A stretch of 64,000 nt of DNA from Schmidtea nova (taxonomy: Eukaryota): NCBI GenBank assembly GCA_044892505.1, contig CM097884.1:77996001-78060000 (forward strand), read 5' to 3'. A program made the translations under genes and the position numbers. The notes under the pieces are model-generated. The model was not told where the DNA came from, made no database searches, and saw only the letters and a program-made list of their open reading frames with translations. Shown here one piece after another: positions 40,267-55,200 of this stretch; the first letter of the stretch is position 1, and each line of letters starts with the position of its first letter.

Positions 40267-43200
40267 GAAGTGTTATCGATTAAAACTAAAAGCTATTATA
40301 AAATTTTTAATTTCTATAACAAATAATTTTTATACATAACTCTCTAGGTATAAGTGTATATATCTGAGTAACAGATTTGCCTATCCACATCCGTCCAACG
40401 TTCATAACCTCCGCACCGTTAAAATCACAACTCCGAAAGCCACCAATTTCCAACATCTCCAAACATAAATGTCTTTGTCGTTCCACAACCCGATGCTTTT
40501 GCTTTTCCAAAAATATAGTATATAAACTTTCTTGCCAAAAATGTGACGCTACTTACATAGGAGAAACACATAGAACTTTTCGTACCCGACTTAATGAACA
40601 CACTAAAATCAAAACCAGTAATTATTACGAACACTGGGAGAAAGTACATAAAACAACTCCATCTATAGAAGAAACAAAATGCCAGATTCTACAAGAGGGA
40701 TTCAAAAATTCATTACAAAGATTAGCTTCCGAGACTTTTTACATAAAAAAATACAAACCGTCCATCAACATTCAATTCGCACAAAAAAATTAAAATAAAT
40801 TTTTTCATCCAATAAAATTATTATAAAATATTAAAAAAATAATTAAGGCTACTATTTAGAATTAAGTAAATATAACGATAGAAATACACACTTGATAAAG
40901 GCTGTGCCGAAATATTGTGTTATTGTTTATAAAAAAAAAATTTTTGATCTATAGTCATTATGAGAATTATTGATAATAATAATAAAAAAAGATCAAAGGT
41001 NNNNNNNNNNNNNNNNNNNNNNNNNNNNNNNNNNNNNNNNNNNNNNNNNNNNNNNNNNNNNNNNNNNNNNNNNNNNNNNNNNNNNNNNNNNNNNNNNNNN
41101 NNNNNNNNNNNNNNNNNNNNNNNNNNNNNNNNNNNNNNNNNNNNNNNNNNNNNNNNNNNNNNNNNNNNNNNNNATAAATAGCATATTCAAAAATAAATAT
41201 TAAGCAGCATTAAAAATACCATAGTTAACAGATTTAGTGCTTGTAAAGTCAGAGTTTTCGATGAAGGTGTACACCTGATATTAATAGTTGCCACTAAAAT
41301 AAATAATTAAACATTGAAAATGCAATCTAACGAATACTTTTGTAGGCTGATTCATTCTGAGCAAGTGCTGGCAAAGAATTACGAGATCCACGAAATTCAA
41401 TTGCCGTTGAACCAAATCGATTCCCATTTAATTGAACCGGTGTGACAACATTTGTATCAGTCGTAACATCCATAGTTTCATTGGCGGTGGTCAATGGAAC
41501 CACTACTCCATCAGCGTTTATCTCGTTGCTTTCAAGTCTTTCATCTCCAGTATCATTATCTAACTTTACCTGAGCAGCTCTTCGAAACCAAGAAGGCTGT
41601 TCCAAGGATGAACCAGCGATTATTGCAATGTTTTCTAACACTTTTTGACAGATATCCTAAATAATCAATAAAAAAAGTTAAGTTCCATTAAAACATACTT
41701 GAATTTCTCTTTGTTCTCGTTTTTCTTCTGGAATAGAAACTTTACTGATAAAATCACCGAGAATTCTAAAATAAAAGAAAAAGAAAAGATTTATTGCAAC
41801 TATATGATATTATCAAGCATGGGCACAGTAAAGATGATCCAGAATAAAATCAAAGACTTAAATTGAGAAATTATGTCACACCCACTTTACTTATATTTAA
41901 AAGATTTTTACTTTATTTCAGATAAGTGTGAATTTCGTTAGCACGAAAAAACTCAAAGTTTTAGTTGAAATGGATTAGAAAAATTAAAATCGACTCCTGA
42001 TAGAATCGAAGGGAGACTATGTAGAGGTCATTGACTGTGATTTAGAATAATGTTAACTAATAACTAACTAATTAAAGATGTATTTTTATTACATCAATAT
42101 AATGATCTTTTGATTTCACCTTTGACCTCTTTTTATTTAAATCAATTATTATCATATTAATAATTTTATGACAATAGATCAAAAACTTTTTTTGGTTATT
42201 AAGTACGCGATATTTCGGCTCAGCCTTTATCGAGTGTTTATTTTCGGCACACTTGATAAAAACTGTACCAAATAATAAAAATAAATTGATCTATAGTCAT
42301 ACAATTATGAAAATTATTGATTTAAATACATCAATATACTATAATAAAAAAATAATATAAAAAAATCATACGATGAAGAAAAATGAAATATGAAAAACAG
42401 ATTTTCTGGTGAATTTTGATAGTGATAGAATTTGATTTGAATTTAATTTACTACATTATATATGGTTCAGGCAGACAAATTTAACTTATAATTATAAATT
42501 AATAGTAAAAGATATGTATTTTAGTATTTTGTTTTTCAAAATTTTTATAATTTGTAGTAAATATTTAAAATTCGTATATTTTTATTTCTTTACTGCAAAC
42601 TTTCATGATAAAACAGCAATGTTACCAAAATGAATACTTGTAAATTACCCGTAAATTTCAGTGTTGTAAAAAATGGAAATGTTAAGTAAAAGGCTGAGTA
42701 TATAGAAGATAACTAGAGTTTCAATGTCGAATGCAAAACAATTTCTTATTGAAACACCTGAAATACGCGGATATTTATTCAAAAAAAGTTCCAGCAAAAA
42801 GCCTTACTCCTAGAAACTTGCTCAATTTCCCTAATAGGATAAAATCGAAATACCGAAATGATCGGGAGTTCACAGTTTAAAGATATGAGTATAAGTTAGA
42901 AAATACTAAAGCAATTTTATTAATTTATTTAAAAATTTTATTTCAAAGTAGTGATTAATTTGGAAAATTAAGAGGGGAAATTTTAAACACTTATTACATT
43001 TATAAGATTCCATTATCACCATTTGCAAATGATGAATTATTAAATATACATTGACATTTATGTGCAAAGTTGAAGTTTTAAATTAATTTGGCAATTCACA
43101 TTTAAGGCATCGTCAACGGTCACAATACATTAAGGCATTTTTAATATTTAAATTAAATCAATTTTAATATGAAAATTAAATCAATAAAAATTAATTTGAT

Positions 43201-46200
43201 TATTAATTATAAGTATCAATAAATAATATTGGTGGGGCGGANNNNNNNNNNNNNNNNNNNNNNNNNNNNNNNNNNNNNNNNNNNNNNNNNNNNNNNNNNN
43301 NNNNNNNNNNNNNNNNNNNNNNNNNNNNNNNNNNNNNNNNNNNNNNNNNNNNNNNNNNNNNNNNNNNNNNAAAACCTTTATTGAAATTTATCTACTGATA
43401 ATTATCAGTAGTAAATTAAAGAAACGTGGAATAGATTCGGAACAAAAACTCTGACACCATGTGTTCTTTTTGATAATAAATTATTTTATTAATATTACAA
43501 TTATAGCGAATTTATCAAAAATGTTTAAATTCTTTATCTAAACCTTTCTTGTGTTAAGAGTAGGTTATCCAAAGGAAGATAATCCTTTCTGGTACGCTAT
43601 TAATTTGATTAGCTATGTAATTATGGTTTACACTAATTCTATCTCGAAGCAATATTTCGTTGAAATTTCGACTCAAACTTTTTCTTTATGAAACGCTATG
43701 ATCTTATCTAACTTGTCCCTTCCTGGGTTCTGATAAATTATTGAATAACTAAAATATTTTGTCTTTGACCAACTAGTAAGATAGCACATGTTTCCCCCTT
43801 TTATAGTGTTTTGATACCTTCAACCCAACTCCTAATAATTGGATTTGATTTATAATTTATGTTCTTGTGGAATTTTGCTCTCGGCTTCGATTCTATTATT
43901 TTGTTGATTTCACGGGTTTCCCACTCAACAAATTTGAAGATAATTCAATCTTTCAATCAACTCGGGTTTCTCATACAACACGGGTTTCCCATTAGCTAGG
44001 ATTTTGCATTAGTTAATTAAATTTTATTTATTTAATATTTTTTTCTGAGAAACCCCATTTGATTTTATATTATCATATTTGAATTCATCTCATTATTTAA
44101 TATTCGTATATACATGATTCCCCACAAAATATTAATTTCAATTTTTCTTAATTTTTTAACTTTATTTGTCGCATTTCTGAATTTGCTGTTATTATTGATT
44201 TGCATTCAGTTTTCTATGCATTTTTGGCTATAAAAATGAACTTCAACAAATGCAAAATTTTCATAATCTAAATTTGTGTATAGTGAAATCTAAAAACTCA
44301 AGGGAAGCGACTCATTTAAATCATAAATTAATATTTAAATGAAAAAAATATTAAATACTTTAATAGTATGAAGGCAGCTGTCGGGGGAAGAGTAGAGATG
44401 TTTTCTTTTAACAATCCGAAAAGACATACACTGATTGATGATAACTTTGTCGCTGAACCAGTGATCAAGAAACACTGAAGGAATTCCAATAAATTAACTT
44501 TGACTTGTCCTTCTTCTTTTTCAGTTAACTAAAATAAATATATAAATTAATAGTTACAACATTAAATTACTTTCGGTGGAGAACTAGCTAAAATGCTTAC
44601 AGGGAATGGTTTACGGATAATATCGCGACATGTGTTAATTATCTGTATTATAGTGAACGATTTCTTCCAACCGCGCGCCAGTTCAAGAATACAAATGACT
44701 CGAAATTGCTCGGAATTCAAATTAGAATTTGACGTCGACGTCTCATTTAAACAAACATCTTGTATCAGATCCGTCTGTGAAAAATTTCCATCGACTAAAA
44801 CAAATTGGTCAAGATGTGGCCAAACTCTCGCCAAACTGATAAGAATGATTGAAGGGTGCTGTCGCATCAGAGGTTTGATAATGCTTAGAATCATTTGTCT
44901 GACCTTATCTGGACGTCCCATTGTCCAACTGGGTGGGATACATTCCTGATTGAGATTTACTAAATTGTTAGGATTTATAAAATTTTCAGATCTTGCATAA
45001 AATTTTTAAAATAAGGAAACACAATACAACAATTATTTTCTAACTATCATTTTTTAATATCAACATTGCTACGTGTGAAGACTTATTTATATTCATTTAT
45101 TAGTCATCAATTTCCTTTATTTTCCAAAACGCGTTCCTAGAAGTGGCTTTTTGAGTCTACTGAACAAGAAAAGTCACAGGGAGTCATATAAGGAGAATTT
45201 GGTGGATTTTCAATTGAATTGGTATTGTTTATAGCCAAAAATTGTCAAATAATAAAAATATTATGTAACAGTGCGTTATTATATATTTTTTCTTCACAAG
45301 TTTAGTTTTTTCGAACGCACTTTTCACGCAATTATTTCATAACCTAGAGATAATACTATGTATTGACCGTTTTGTCTTTCGGAAGAAATTCATGATAAAC
45401 AACACCATTGTAATAGACGAAAACAGTTAATATGACTTTTATGGGCTGAATTCGAGGTGGTTTTTGGAGACTGCCATTGACTCGATTGATATGTAGTGTT
45501 TGTGTGTCATATTCATAAGCCTACATCTCGTCACCATTAATTATACTTTAAATGGATTTTTCTTATGAATCATAATTGGAAAGCATCTTTTTTGTAGATT
45601 CAACACATTGAATGTTTTGTAACAAATACAGGTGAGTTGGAGCAAGCCTAAAAGCAAAAGGTTTTAAACCAAGATCATCAAGTGTCTTCTACTATCTCAT
45701 TAACAGTCATTTTATTGTTTTCGATGCTCATTGCTTTGATTTTGTCGTTGTTTTTATCAGTCTTCGATGTCGATGATCTTCATTGTCTTGATTCATCTTT
45801 TACTGATTCACGACCACTTTCAAAGCGTAAATACCTCTCTAATATTGTTGTTTTCGATTGAGAAAGTTCATTATAATAATTTTCTAATATTTTTTTTATC
45901 AGAACAATATATTTAATTTTTAAAACAAAATCTAACACAATTTTTTGCTCAAAAACTTTGGAAATTAAATAAACGCAAAAAGTAGATATAAACAGACAAA
46001 TGAAACAAAGCAGCTGAAATTTGGATAGAATTTCAATAAGATGTGTGCCAACCTCTAAAAACAAAAATTATACATGTATGTTTTAAATGTGAATTTTAGA
46101 TAGAGATGACCGGGTACTTTTTTGATAGTGCTAGTATGTTGGATCCTTCAGATAATAACAAAGATCCTACAAATTAAAAACCTTATTCGGCAAATATCAA

Positions 46201-49200
46201 ATTGTCTTATAAACTTCTATCCAAATTTATTTTAGAGATAGAAAATCTAAAGAATATCATGCGGGTAAAAAAATATGATAAGCAAATAAATTTCAGAGTC
46301 TCAAAATTATAATGTCCGTTGCTATTTACGATGAAACTGGAAATTTGATTAAAATCACATGTCTTTGTATACTTGTCTATCATTATGGGAATATGAAGAA
46401 AACGCAGTAAACTATTTAATTTGTAATACCTACATCGCTCTAAGTCAGGGGTGGCCAACATGTCGATCGAGAGGCCAATTTTGGTCGATCGTCGATCTCT
46501 CGCAATGTCTGGGGGTAGAATTCCGTTTACTACCGTTTACTACTTTGAAGCGATTTTAAAGACAAACATTTGTAGTAATAGTTGAATGTTTTCTGGGAAC
46601 TTGCCAAGTTCATGAACACCTAGAATTCTGACAACCAGGCACTGTTATATCCACTCACCCAGAACAATACATTTTGAATGTGTTACATTGTCACCAGACA
46701 CAACGCACAAACGCAACAGTTACAACTCGACTCATCGAAGAACACAGTCAGTTAGCTTGAATATTTGGAAGTGCCATACGGTATCTTCTTTTCTTTTGTA
46801 TTAACTGTGTCATTATCAAGTAATATTATTTATCCTCGGTGACCACGTTGGATTTCAATTTTTCTTCTCTTTAAAATGTAATTCCATTTTCTTTGTTTTA
46901 AATTAAATTGCTTTTCTTTCTTATCTATTTAATTGATAAGTGAGCATTCTCGGTAACAGATCTCTAAACTGCGGTCATTACACTGTGAGAATAATAATGA
47001 ACAGTTGAGGATTATACAGAGGATGAACAGTTTGAGGATTATTTGATAATCGAAAATTTTCTCATTTAATAAAATTATATTTTTGCAGCAAAGGCTTATT
47101 TTGTTACTTATTTATTACAAAATTAATTATTTCAGTATTACAAATATATTAAGAATAACAGTAATGCTGTATCTAACAGTATCTAAAGTAAGAAATCAGT
47201 ATTTTAAACCGTAATAAATATATTGTAACTTTAACACACTTCTTGTAAATTCGAATATATTTATATTAGATTTTAATATACTTGTATTGTTGTCCCCGAT
47301 TGAAGTATGCAGGATTATTATTATTTCTCTCAATGTAATGGAGATAATTGCCGCAGTTCATGAGTTTTTGAATTTTATAGGAAAATATTTAATTCAATAT
47401 TTATTCTTTAAATTGTCATATTTCTTTGCATTCTAGTATACCCATGAACATGAGTAGTAAACCAAAGAAATCTAAAACTTATCACTTCAATGAAGAATGG
47501 GAGCTCGATTACTTTTTTACAATGGTGTATAATAAATGCTGTTGATTAATATGCCTTACCTCAGTAGCCATTTCTAAGAAGGGTAATCTGGAAAGACATT
47601 TCTTAGCTTTACATAACAAGTATCAAACAGATTATCCACCAAATTCTGAACTGAGAAAACACAAAGTTAAGGATCTTAAAACTCGATTAGCAAATCAACA
47701 AAGCATTTTTAAAAAGCCAAGGTTGAAGTCACAAACAGTAACTACTGCATCATTCAAATTAAGCTCTCTTAGCAAAAAAAATGCAAGCCATTTTCCGACG
47801 GTGAATTTGTAAAGGAAATATTTTTGGAAATGTCAGATTCACTTTTTTAACGATTTTAAGAACAGGAGTAAAATTGTTGCTGCAATTCAAGATCTACAAT
47901 TGTCTCGAAACACAGTGGTACGAAGACTTGAAATGATGAGTGGGAATGTAAAAGAGCAGCTAATTAAGGATATTAATAGATGTTCTTGTTTTTTCATTCA
48001 GTGTGATGAATCGACAGATATAAGTGATACAGCACAATTACTTGTTTTCGTTCGTATGATTTTTAAGAATTTTACATCTAAAGAAGAATTGTTGGGTATG
48101 ATTTCTTTGAAGGAAAGGACTAGGGGTGTCGACATATTTAAAGCCTTTAAAAACTTGCTCTATGATTTGAAAGTACCCCTTTTCAAATTAGTCTTAATAA
48201 CAACGAATGGTGCAGCTGCAATGATAGGTTGCAAAAATGGATTTATAGCCCTATGTCGAACTGAAGATGAATTCCCAGCCTTTTTGAGCTATCACTGCAT
48301 AATTCACCAGCAAGTGTTAGCTAGCAAAAGACTAAGCACAAAAGAGGTGATGGACATATAATTTATAATTGTTAATTCAATTCGAGATTTTCTTCATGAA
48401 CAAGATGAAAACTGTGAAAATTTAAAGGATGAAACTTGGCTTAGTGACTTAGCATTTATTACCGATTTTACTTCAATATTAAGTCATTTAAATTTAGAAT
48501 TACAAGGTAAAAATAAAACAGTAATTGATATGATCAGCTGCATAGACGTATATAAAACAAAATTTATTTTGCTAATAGAAGATCTGCAACAAAATAATCT
48601 GAATAATTTCTCAAATATGGCGGATAACCAACAAAAACATAAAAATATTAAGTATAAGATCGACAAATACGTCGCGAAAATCCAAAAAGTAATTGAAGAT
48701 TTTTAGATTAGATTCCAGGATTTTGAAAAAATTAAAGAAACAGTGGAATTTATATCTTTTGCTTTTAAAAAAGATTTAAGTGTGAAACGTATTAGCCAAA
48801 AAATTTCAGATATATTTCATATGGATCAAAAGGCATTAGAAAATGAAATTATAATTTTACAAACTGACTTAAACTTACAAGTCAGAAAATCAGAAGAAGA
48901 TTTTTGGAAATATGTCAACCGAGAAAAATATCCCAGTGTCACCAAATGTAGCGAATATATCTATTCTTGTTTCGGATCTACATACCTTTGCAAATCGGCA
49001 TTTTCATACTTGAAGCTAACGAAGAGTAAACAACGTTCTGTCCTGACTGATTCCCATACAGAAGACTCATTATTAATATCTTTGTCAGGATATACACATG
49101 ATTATGATTCCTTGGTTAGAGACATGCAAACTCAGTCTTCCCATTAATGTTAAGGGAACAAAGTAAATTCTAAATCTGTATTTATCTGTTTCTACTTTGA

Positions 49201-52200
49201 ATTAATAAATATTGTTAATAGTTATCCATGTTCTTTTAACTCCCCTGGACGTGAGTTTTTTGGCCCTTTAAATAATTATTGTTGATGTTTTTTACGTAGG
49301 TAGATAAGCCGTATATCTATATTTCAGTACGAGGTGTACTTAGTGAGCTATTGATAAATTAGCAAAAGTAAGTCATATTATTCTCTTGTGATAAATTTTC
49401 TTGACCCAAAAAAACGAGAAAGTGAAATATTGTAATAAAATTATCAGCCATATTGTGCATTTTTATAACAACTTTTTTATATTTACGAACAAATAGCACA
49501 ACAACTTATACATTATAGTTGATAAAAACCCCAAATTGCATTTTAAGTTAGTAAAAATCTATCTCAAAAAATTGTTGTAAAATCGAATTTTTTAGGTACC
49601 GCGTGTACGGAATGCTGCTTTCAAAATTTGGGTCTGGGAATTTATTTTCTTTAGGAGCCTATACCTCGAAAACTTAATAAGTGATTAAAAAATAAAAATA
49701 GTTTTGAACATATATTTTACTTATCTACCCATACCTCGCTGGAACGCACGTTATGCTGAAACACAGTGTATAAACATAGTATGCATTTCACACCCCTTCT
49801 TCCCCCTTAGACTACGCCTATGACAACAAGTCGTTCGCGACACACTTTTCAGAAAAAAGTAGATCTTATATACAGAAAAGTTGGGCACCCCTGCTATAAG
49901 TGAATAACTTTTAATAATTCCTCTTTGAGTTTTAGTCCTAAAACCCACATTGTCAAACAGTTATAAGAAACGATTTACAGCAGTTGATTCTCTATAAAGA
50001 ATCATTTCAATCGGTAAATAAACTTAACAAAAAATCTCTTTGTAATTGAGTAACTCGAATAACGTTTATTGAGATAATTACTCTCGTAGTTTCGAACACT
50101 TATAAAAATCGCAAAAATGATTTAATTCTATTTAATTTCTACCCGCCATAAAATAACATTACAAACCTTAACTGTGTTTACAACTATTTAGTGATATAGA
50201 GATCATTAAGAGTTGCTCATTCATGTAATTTGTAAGATATCAAATGCATTTATAAACCTTTGATCAGAGTGATCAGAATTTGTGATATTCGATGTGTTTT
50301 GGTGACAGAGTGGTCAGATAATGGGAACTGGCCATAAAGTCACTGGGTTCAATTCCAGGTGAAATTTAGATTTTACATGGTACTAATGAAAGCCAAATAA
50401 ACTCAAAACGTGTCTGCTTCTAAAATCGCGTCAAATATCACATTAAAACTTTATTTAAAAAATCACAAATATATTTTTGTTAATTCATATGTAAATATGG
50501 TTATTTAGTAGTCAAAATACGATTAAGTGTAATAAACTTACTTGTCTCAGACAAAGATGATTTTTCCCACAATATCAGCAAGCTATCAATGAATCTAGAC
50601 ATCAATTTGATCATTTTATTCCTGGCCTCAAGAATATGCGTTCCAGGACTCATAGAATCTTCTTTCGATATGTTATCCTAAAATATAATTAAACAAATTT
50701 ATTCTCAATATAAAATCTGGACTTTTGATTTATTAAACAATGCTCCAAGAAAACTTTGTTCCGATGAGGATCCTTTTTCCTCTTGTAATTGATAACTTTT
50801 TAAGGCTTCGTCCAATAACAGAAAATGGCAAACCGCCTTCAGACATGATAATGTGCTCAGAGAATAATCCAGTGGTAAAGTGTTGATTTGACTACTAAAA
50901 GAAAGATTTAATATATAAGTAGATATATTGTACAAGGAAACGAAAACACGATATAAATATCAGTACAAATATCTATCTAATAAAATAATCTGTTGGCAAA
51001 TCATTGACAGAATTAAAAAGATGTAATAATTTTAAAGAAATTATCAAAAAATAAAGAATTAAAAAATCGAGATAAATATTAAAAATAGTGGGACTCAAAC
51101 AATGAACTTGTAAAAAGAGATTTTCGCGCACAAATATTGTCACGTTAAATGACAAATGAGTACACCAATTTTTATTTATTACTTTTCCTACTTTGATATC
51201 AAAAGGAGATAATATAAAGTCTCTGAAGGCAAACCAAAGATAAATCTTCATCATTATATAAAGATTCTTCGTTATTCCTAAATTAAGTTTTTTGAAAGTA
51301 GACATCTAAGAATAATTTAAAAACAAGTTCATTTTTCACAATGTTGGTTTGGACGCCCAAATGGAAAATACTTTCAGCTTATAGAATGCATTTTAATTTT
51401 CATATACATTTTAGATACAGAAAAACGTTTCATGATATTTATTAAAATTTAACCTTATAGCGCAAATAGCGCCATATCTGATACAAACCGAATCTGGGTA
51501 TTTGTAGCAAACGGCAAGTAAAAATCATCAATATCCGTGCCGAACCATATTAGATACACCCTATACCAGTGATTCCTAACTGGGAGATGCAGATAAGTGC
51601 GAAATATTTAAGTAATTTTCATAACAAGTAGAGAGACTCTTGTAGAAGTAAATAAATGAGATAAACCAAACTGTTAATATATATCCTGTCGAGTATATAA
51701 GAAAATTATGCTCTCGCTCCGTACCACGTTTTTTAACTGTTGAAATGCAAAATCAACGTCTGAAGTGCAGCGAAGAGAACCTTCAGATTTTGGACGATAT
51801 TGAAGAGTTTTTCGGATAATATTATTGCCATTGACACCCTTTCACTATATGTTTCACAGTCTAAATTGGAATTTGAAAAGTGATTACTTCCTGGAGAAGT
51901 GTGTTCTAAAAAATGAGATTTTCAACAAGTCACTGAAAGACCCTAATGTTGATTATTTTTGAGATGCCAATGGCAATATTCAGGCCGATTTTACAGAATT
52001 AACCGCTCTTACTACTCCGAACTTGTGCAAGAAACAAAGAAACTCCGAAAGAAAACCAGGGTGTCTAGACTCAATTACTTACACAAAAACACTCTCATTC
52101 ACACAATTGCAATTTCAATGCGCACAATTAAGAGCTGTAGACTATACGTGCTTCTCTATCCTCCTTACAGTACATATTTGGCTATATCAGACTTCTACTT

Positions 52201-55200
52201 GTTTAATCATCTCAAGAAATTCAAGTTTGCCAAGCAGTTTGCCACAAATGACGATTTTAAAGATGCAGTGACACATTTTATGGGCGAAAGGTCTGAGAAT
52301 TTCTTCAAAATCACCTTTCAAAACCTGATTACACACTGAAAGAAATGTGTCGATGCAAATGGAAATTATTTTAAGAAATAAACCCTAATTGACTTATTTA
52401 TTTTAAATACAAAATATATTTGGTTTCATTTATTTCTTTCTACATGAGTGTCAAAATTTATATACCTTATAAATAAGATTTAAAACATCAATTTGTCCTT
52501 TTTTGCATTAATACATTTTTTACCATTTAAAAATGTGACCATATTATTATATTAAATTAAGTGCTGAAGGCACTATGATTAAATATATTAAAATGGGTGC
52601 ATGTAACGTAAAGTTTGGATTCCCCTGCTCTATACTGTGCTGATATAAAGATAATAATTAGTCTTATAGTCTAGAGTAGTGGTTCTTAACCTGGGTTCGA
52701 TCAAACCCCAGAGATTCGGTGAGTCAGTCTTTTGTACACTTACATATATATATATAAATATATACCATGTCTTAAATTTGTAAAAATCTAATTTTATTTT
52801 TCAAATTAGGAGGGGTTCGGTGAATGCGCATATCTAAGTGGTGGGGTTCGGTACCTCCAAAAAGGTTAAGAACCACTGGTCTAGAGTGTCAATATTGTTT
52901 CAATGAAATTTACTTTTATTCTTAATTTATCCTTTTCTTATAATAAAAATGGTACATTGTAAGGTTAATAGGAAAAATCAGAATAAAATTTTCAAGATAT
53001 AACATGTGTCTGCAACAATAGTATATTTTGACTGAATTTTTAAAACATTATAGCTCCAAAAAATGTTTGTCTAAAATAATTATATCAGTAAAATTATTAT
53101 TTTGATTGATCAAAAAAATTACAATAGATCGATAAAAATCTACAAGCAGCAATAAATTTTCGATACAGCTTTTATCAAGTCTTAATCAGCCAATCTTAAT
53201 TTATTTATAACAGGCGAAAAACGAATGTAAATTAAGCTTTAAATCAATCCAAATTATATTTTAAATCAATATATAATTAAAAATTAAAAATGTTTAACAA
53301 GGAAAAGCACTAAATTATCACCATCATGTTGAAAATGTAACGGAGACACGAAAATTATAATTTATATTGAAAGTCTTGGTAATAAATGAAAGAATCTGTA
53401 AATAAAATTTGTATTGAATGTACAAATATTTGCTATAAATAGATCAAATACAGAAGAGTTTACACATTTTATTCCTTTTAAAAATGATCTTAGAACATCT
53501 TTTCAATCTTGTATTTTTGAAAACTTCCACGGTATTTCAAAAATGTGGAATTTGTTTTACTTCCGTGGATATTTCACGGGTAGCAACTAGTCATAATTTA
53601 TTTATTATACATAGGAATGAAAATTTATTTTTGATAATTAAAAAAATATTTAAAAATTATTTAGATATATAGAAACTAAGTATTTTTGAGTGAATAATCG
53701 GAAATAATCTTGCGTAATGTATTCTGATAGAGACAATGTTTTTTCGAAAAATAAATTGCCAAATCCTTACAAAATAATTACAAAAAAACATTATATGAAC
53801 AAATGTAACCCTTTTTATGGGATGTTTTTAGCTGTAGCTCTCTTTGAGAATTTATTGATCTATCGTCATTTAGCAAAACTTTAGATATTTATCTAATTTA
53901 AAAATAAAATCCAATTAACTAACTTGGAATCAACATCCTTTGTGTATAGAATGACTTGATTACAGGATTCATAAAGGTTGGCCGCTAATCTGATATTTTT
54001 ACACAGCTTTTTCACAATTGGCATTAACACTGCACTAGTGCTTTTGCCCCAAACTCCAAGAGAACTAATAACAAATTGATAACAGTAGGAATGTAGATGT
54101 CGCAATTTCATTGCTCCAATACAAGCAACAATGGACGTTAACAGTATAGATTGTCTAGAAACGGCGATATACGGACTGGATGTCTGGTAATGAGTTGAAA
54201 ACAAGTTTTTAAACACTGTAGGTAATGGAAGCTTGAAATCATTTTTGTTATTAGACTTTCCATCTGAATAAATGATAAATAAAAACAATTCATAACAGCG
54301 TAAAGTGAGTTAAATAGGAATTTTATATTATAGTTAGTTCGTTTATATGAGAACATCTTGAAGTTAAAAGTGTTGAATCTGAATTGTAAAGTTCGGCTGT
54401 AAAATTTAAACGGATCGACTCTATTGACACCAATTTTATGCATCAATATTTTGTTTTATATTTAACACAGATTTTCGAAACACCTTTTACAAGTATTAAA
54501 AGAAAAAATTTTGTTTAAATAATTGAAATTGTCTGATCATTAAAAATTATTTATATTTTTGTACTTTGATCTTTTATTAATTTCGTCTATTTTCTTCTTT
54601 GTGGAATATATAAATATTTTTTTGATATTCAACACAAATTTTCTGCACTGCTTTTAACAAGTGTTGAAAATGGAACAAAACAATTTTATCTATTGTTTAA
54701 AAATATAAAAATAAATCTACGAAATTCGTCTTAAATATGAAACACAATTTTTTGATCGATAGTCTAAATAAATGAAACAAAGTTCAATGGTGAAAAATAT
54801 AAAATATAAAATATTTTAATGAAAATTGAATTACAGTAATTGCTATTCATAAAATAGAAATATTTTTTATCGAATTTCCGAAATCAAAGCAAACAAACAA
54901 TTTTAACAAAACCGATTTCCCTATCCACATCCGTCCTAGTTTTATCAATTCAGCACCGTTAAAATCACAACTTCGAAAGCCACTAATATCAATCATCTCC
55001 AAAAATAAATATCTTTGCCGTTATACGACCAGATGCTTTCACTTTTCCAAAAATATAGTAGATCAAATTACCAGTCTAAAATGTGACGCTACTTACATAT
55101 GAGAAACACAGAAATTTTTGCACCCGACTTATAATGAACACATTAAAAATAAATACAACAATTATTACGAACACTGGAAGAAAGTACATAAAATTATATC

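Noticed and set aside
46207-46461. Possible DOP1 exon
   Set aside because: Exons 50677-50542 and 44959-44571 already join in phase and cover the expected sequence.
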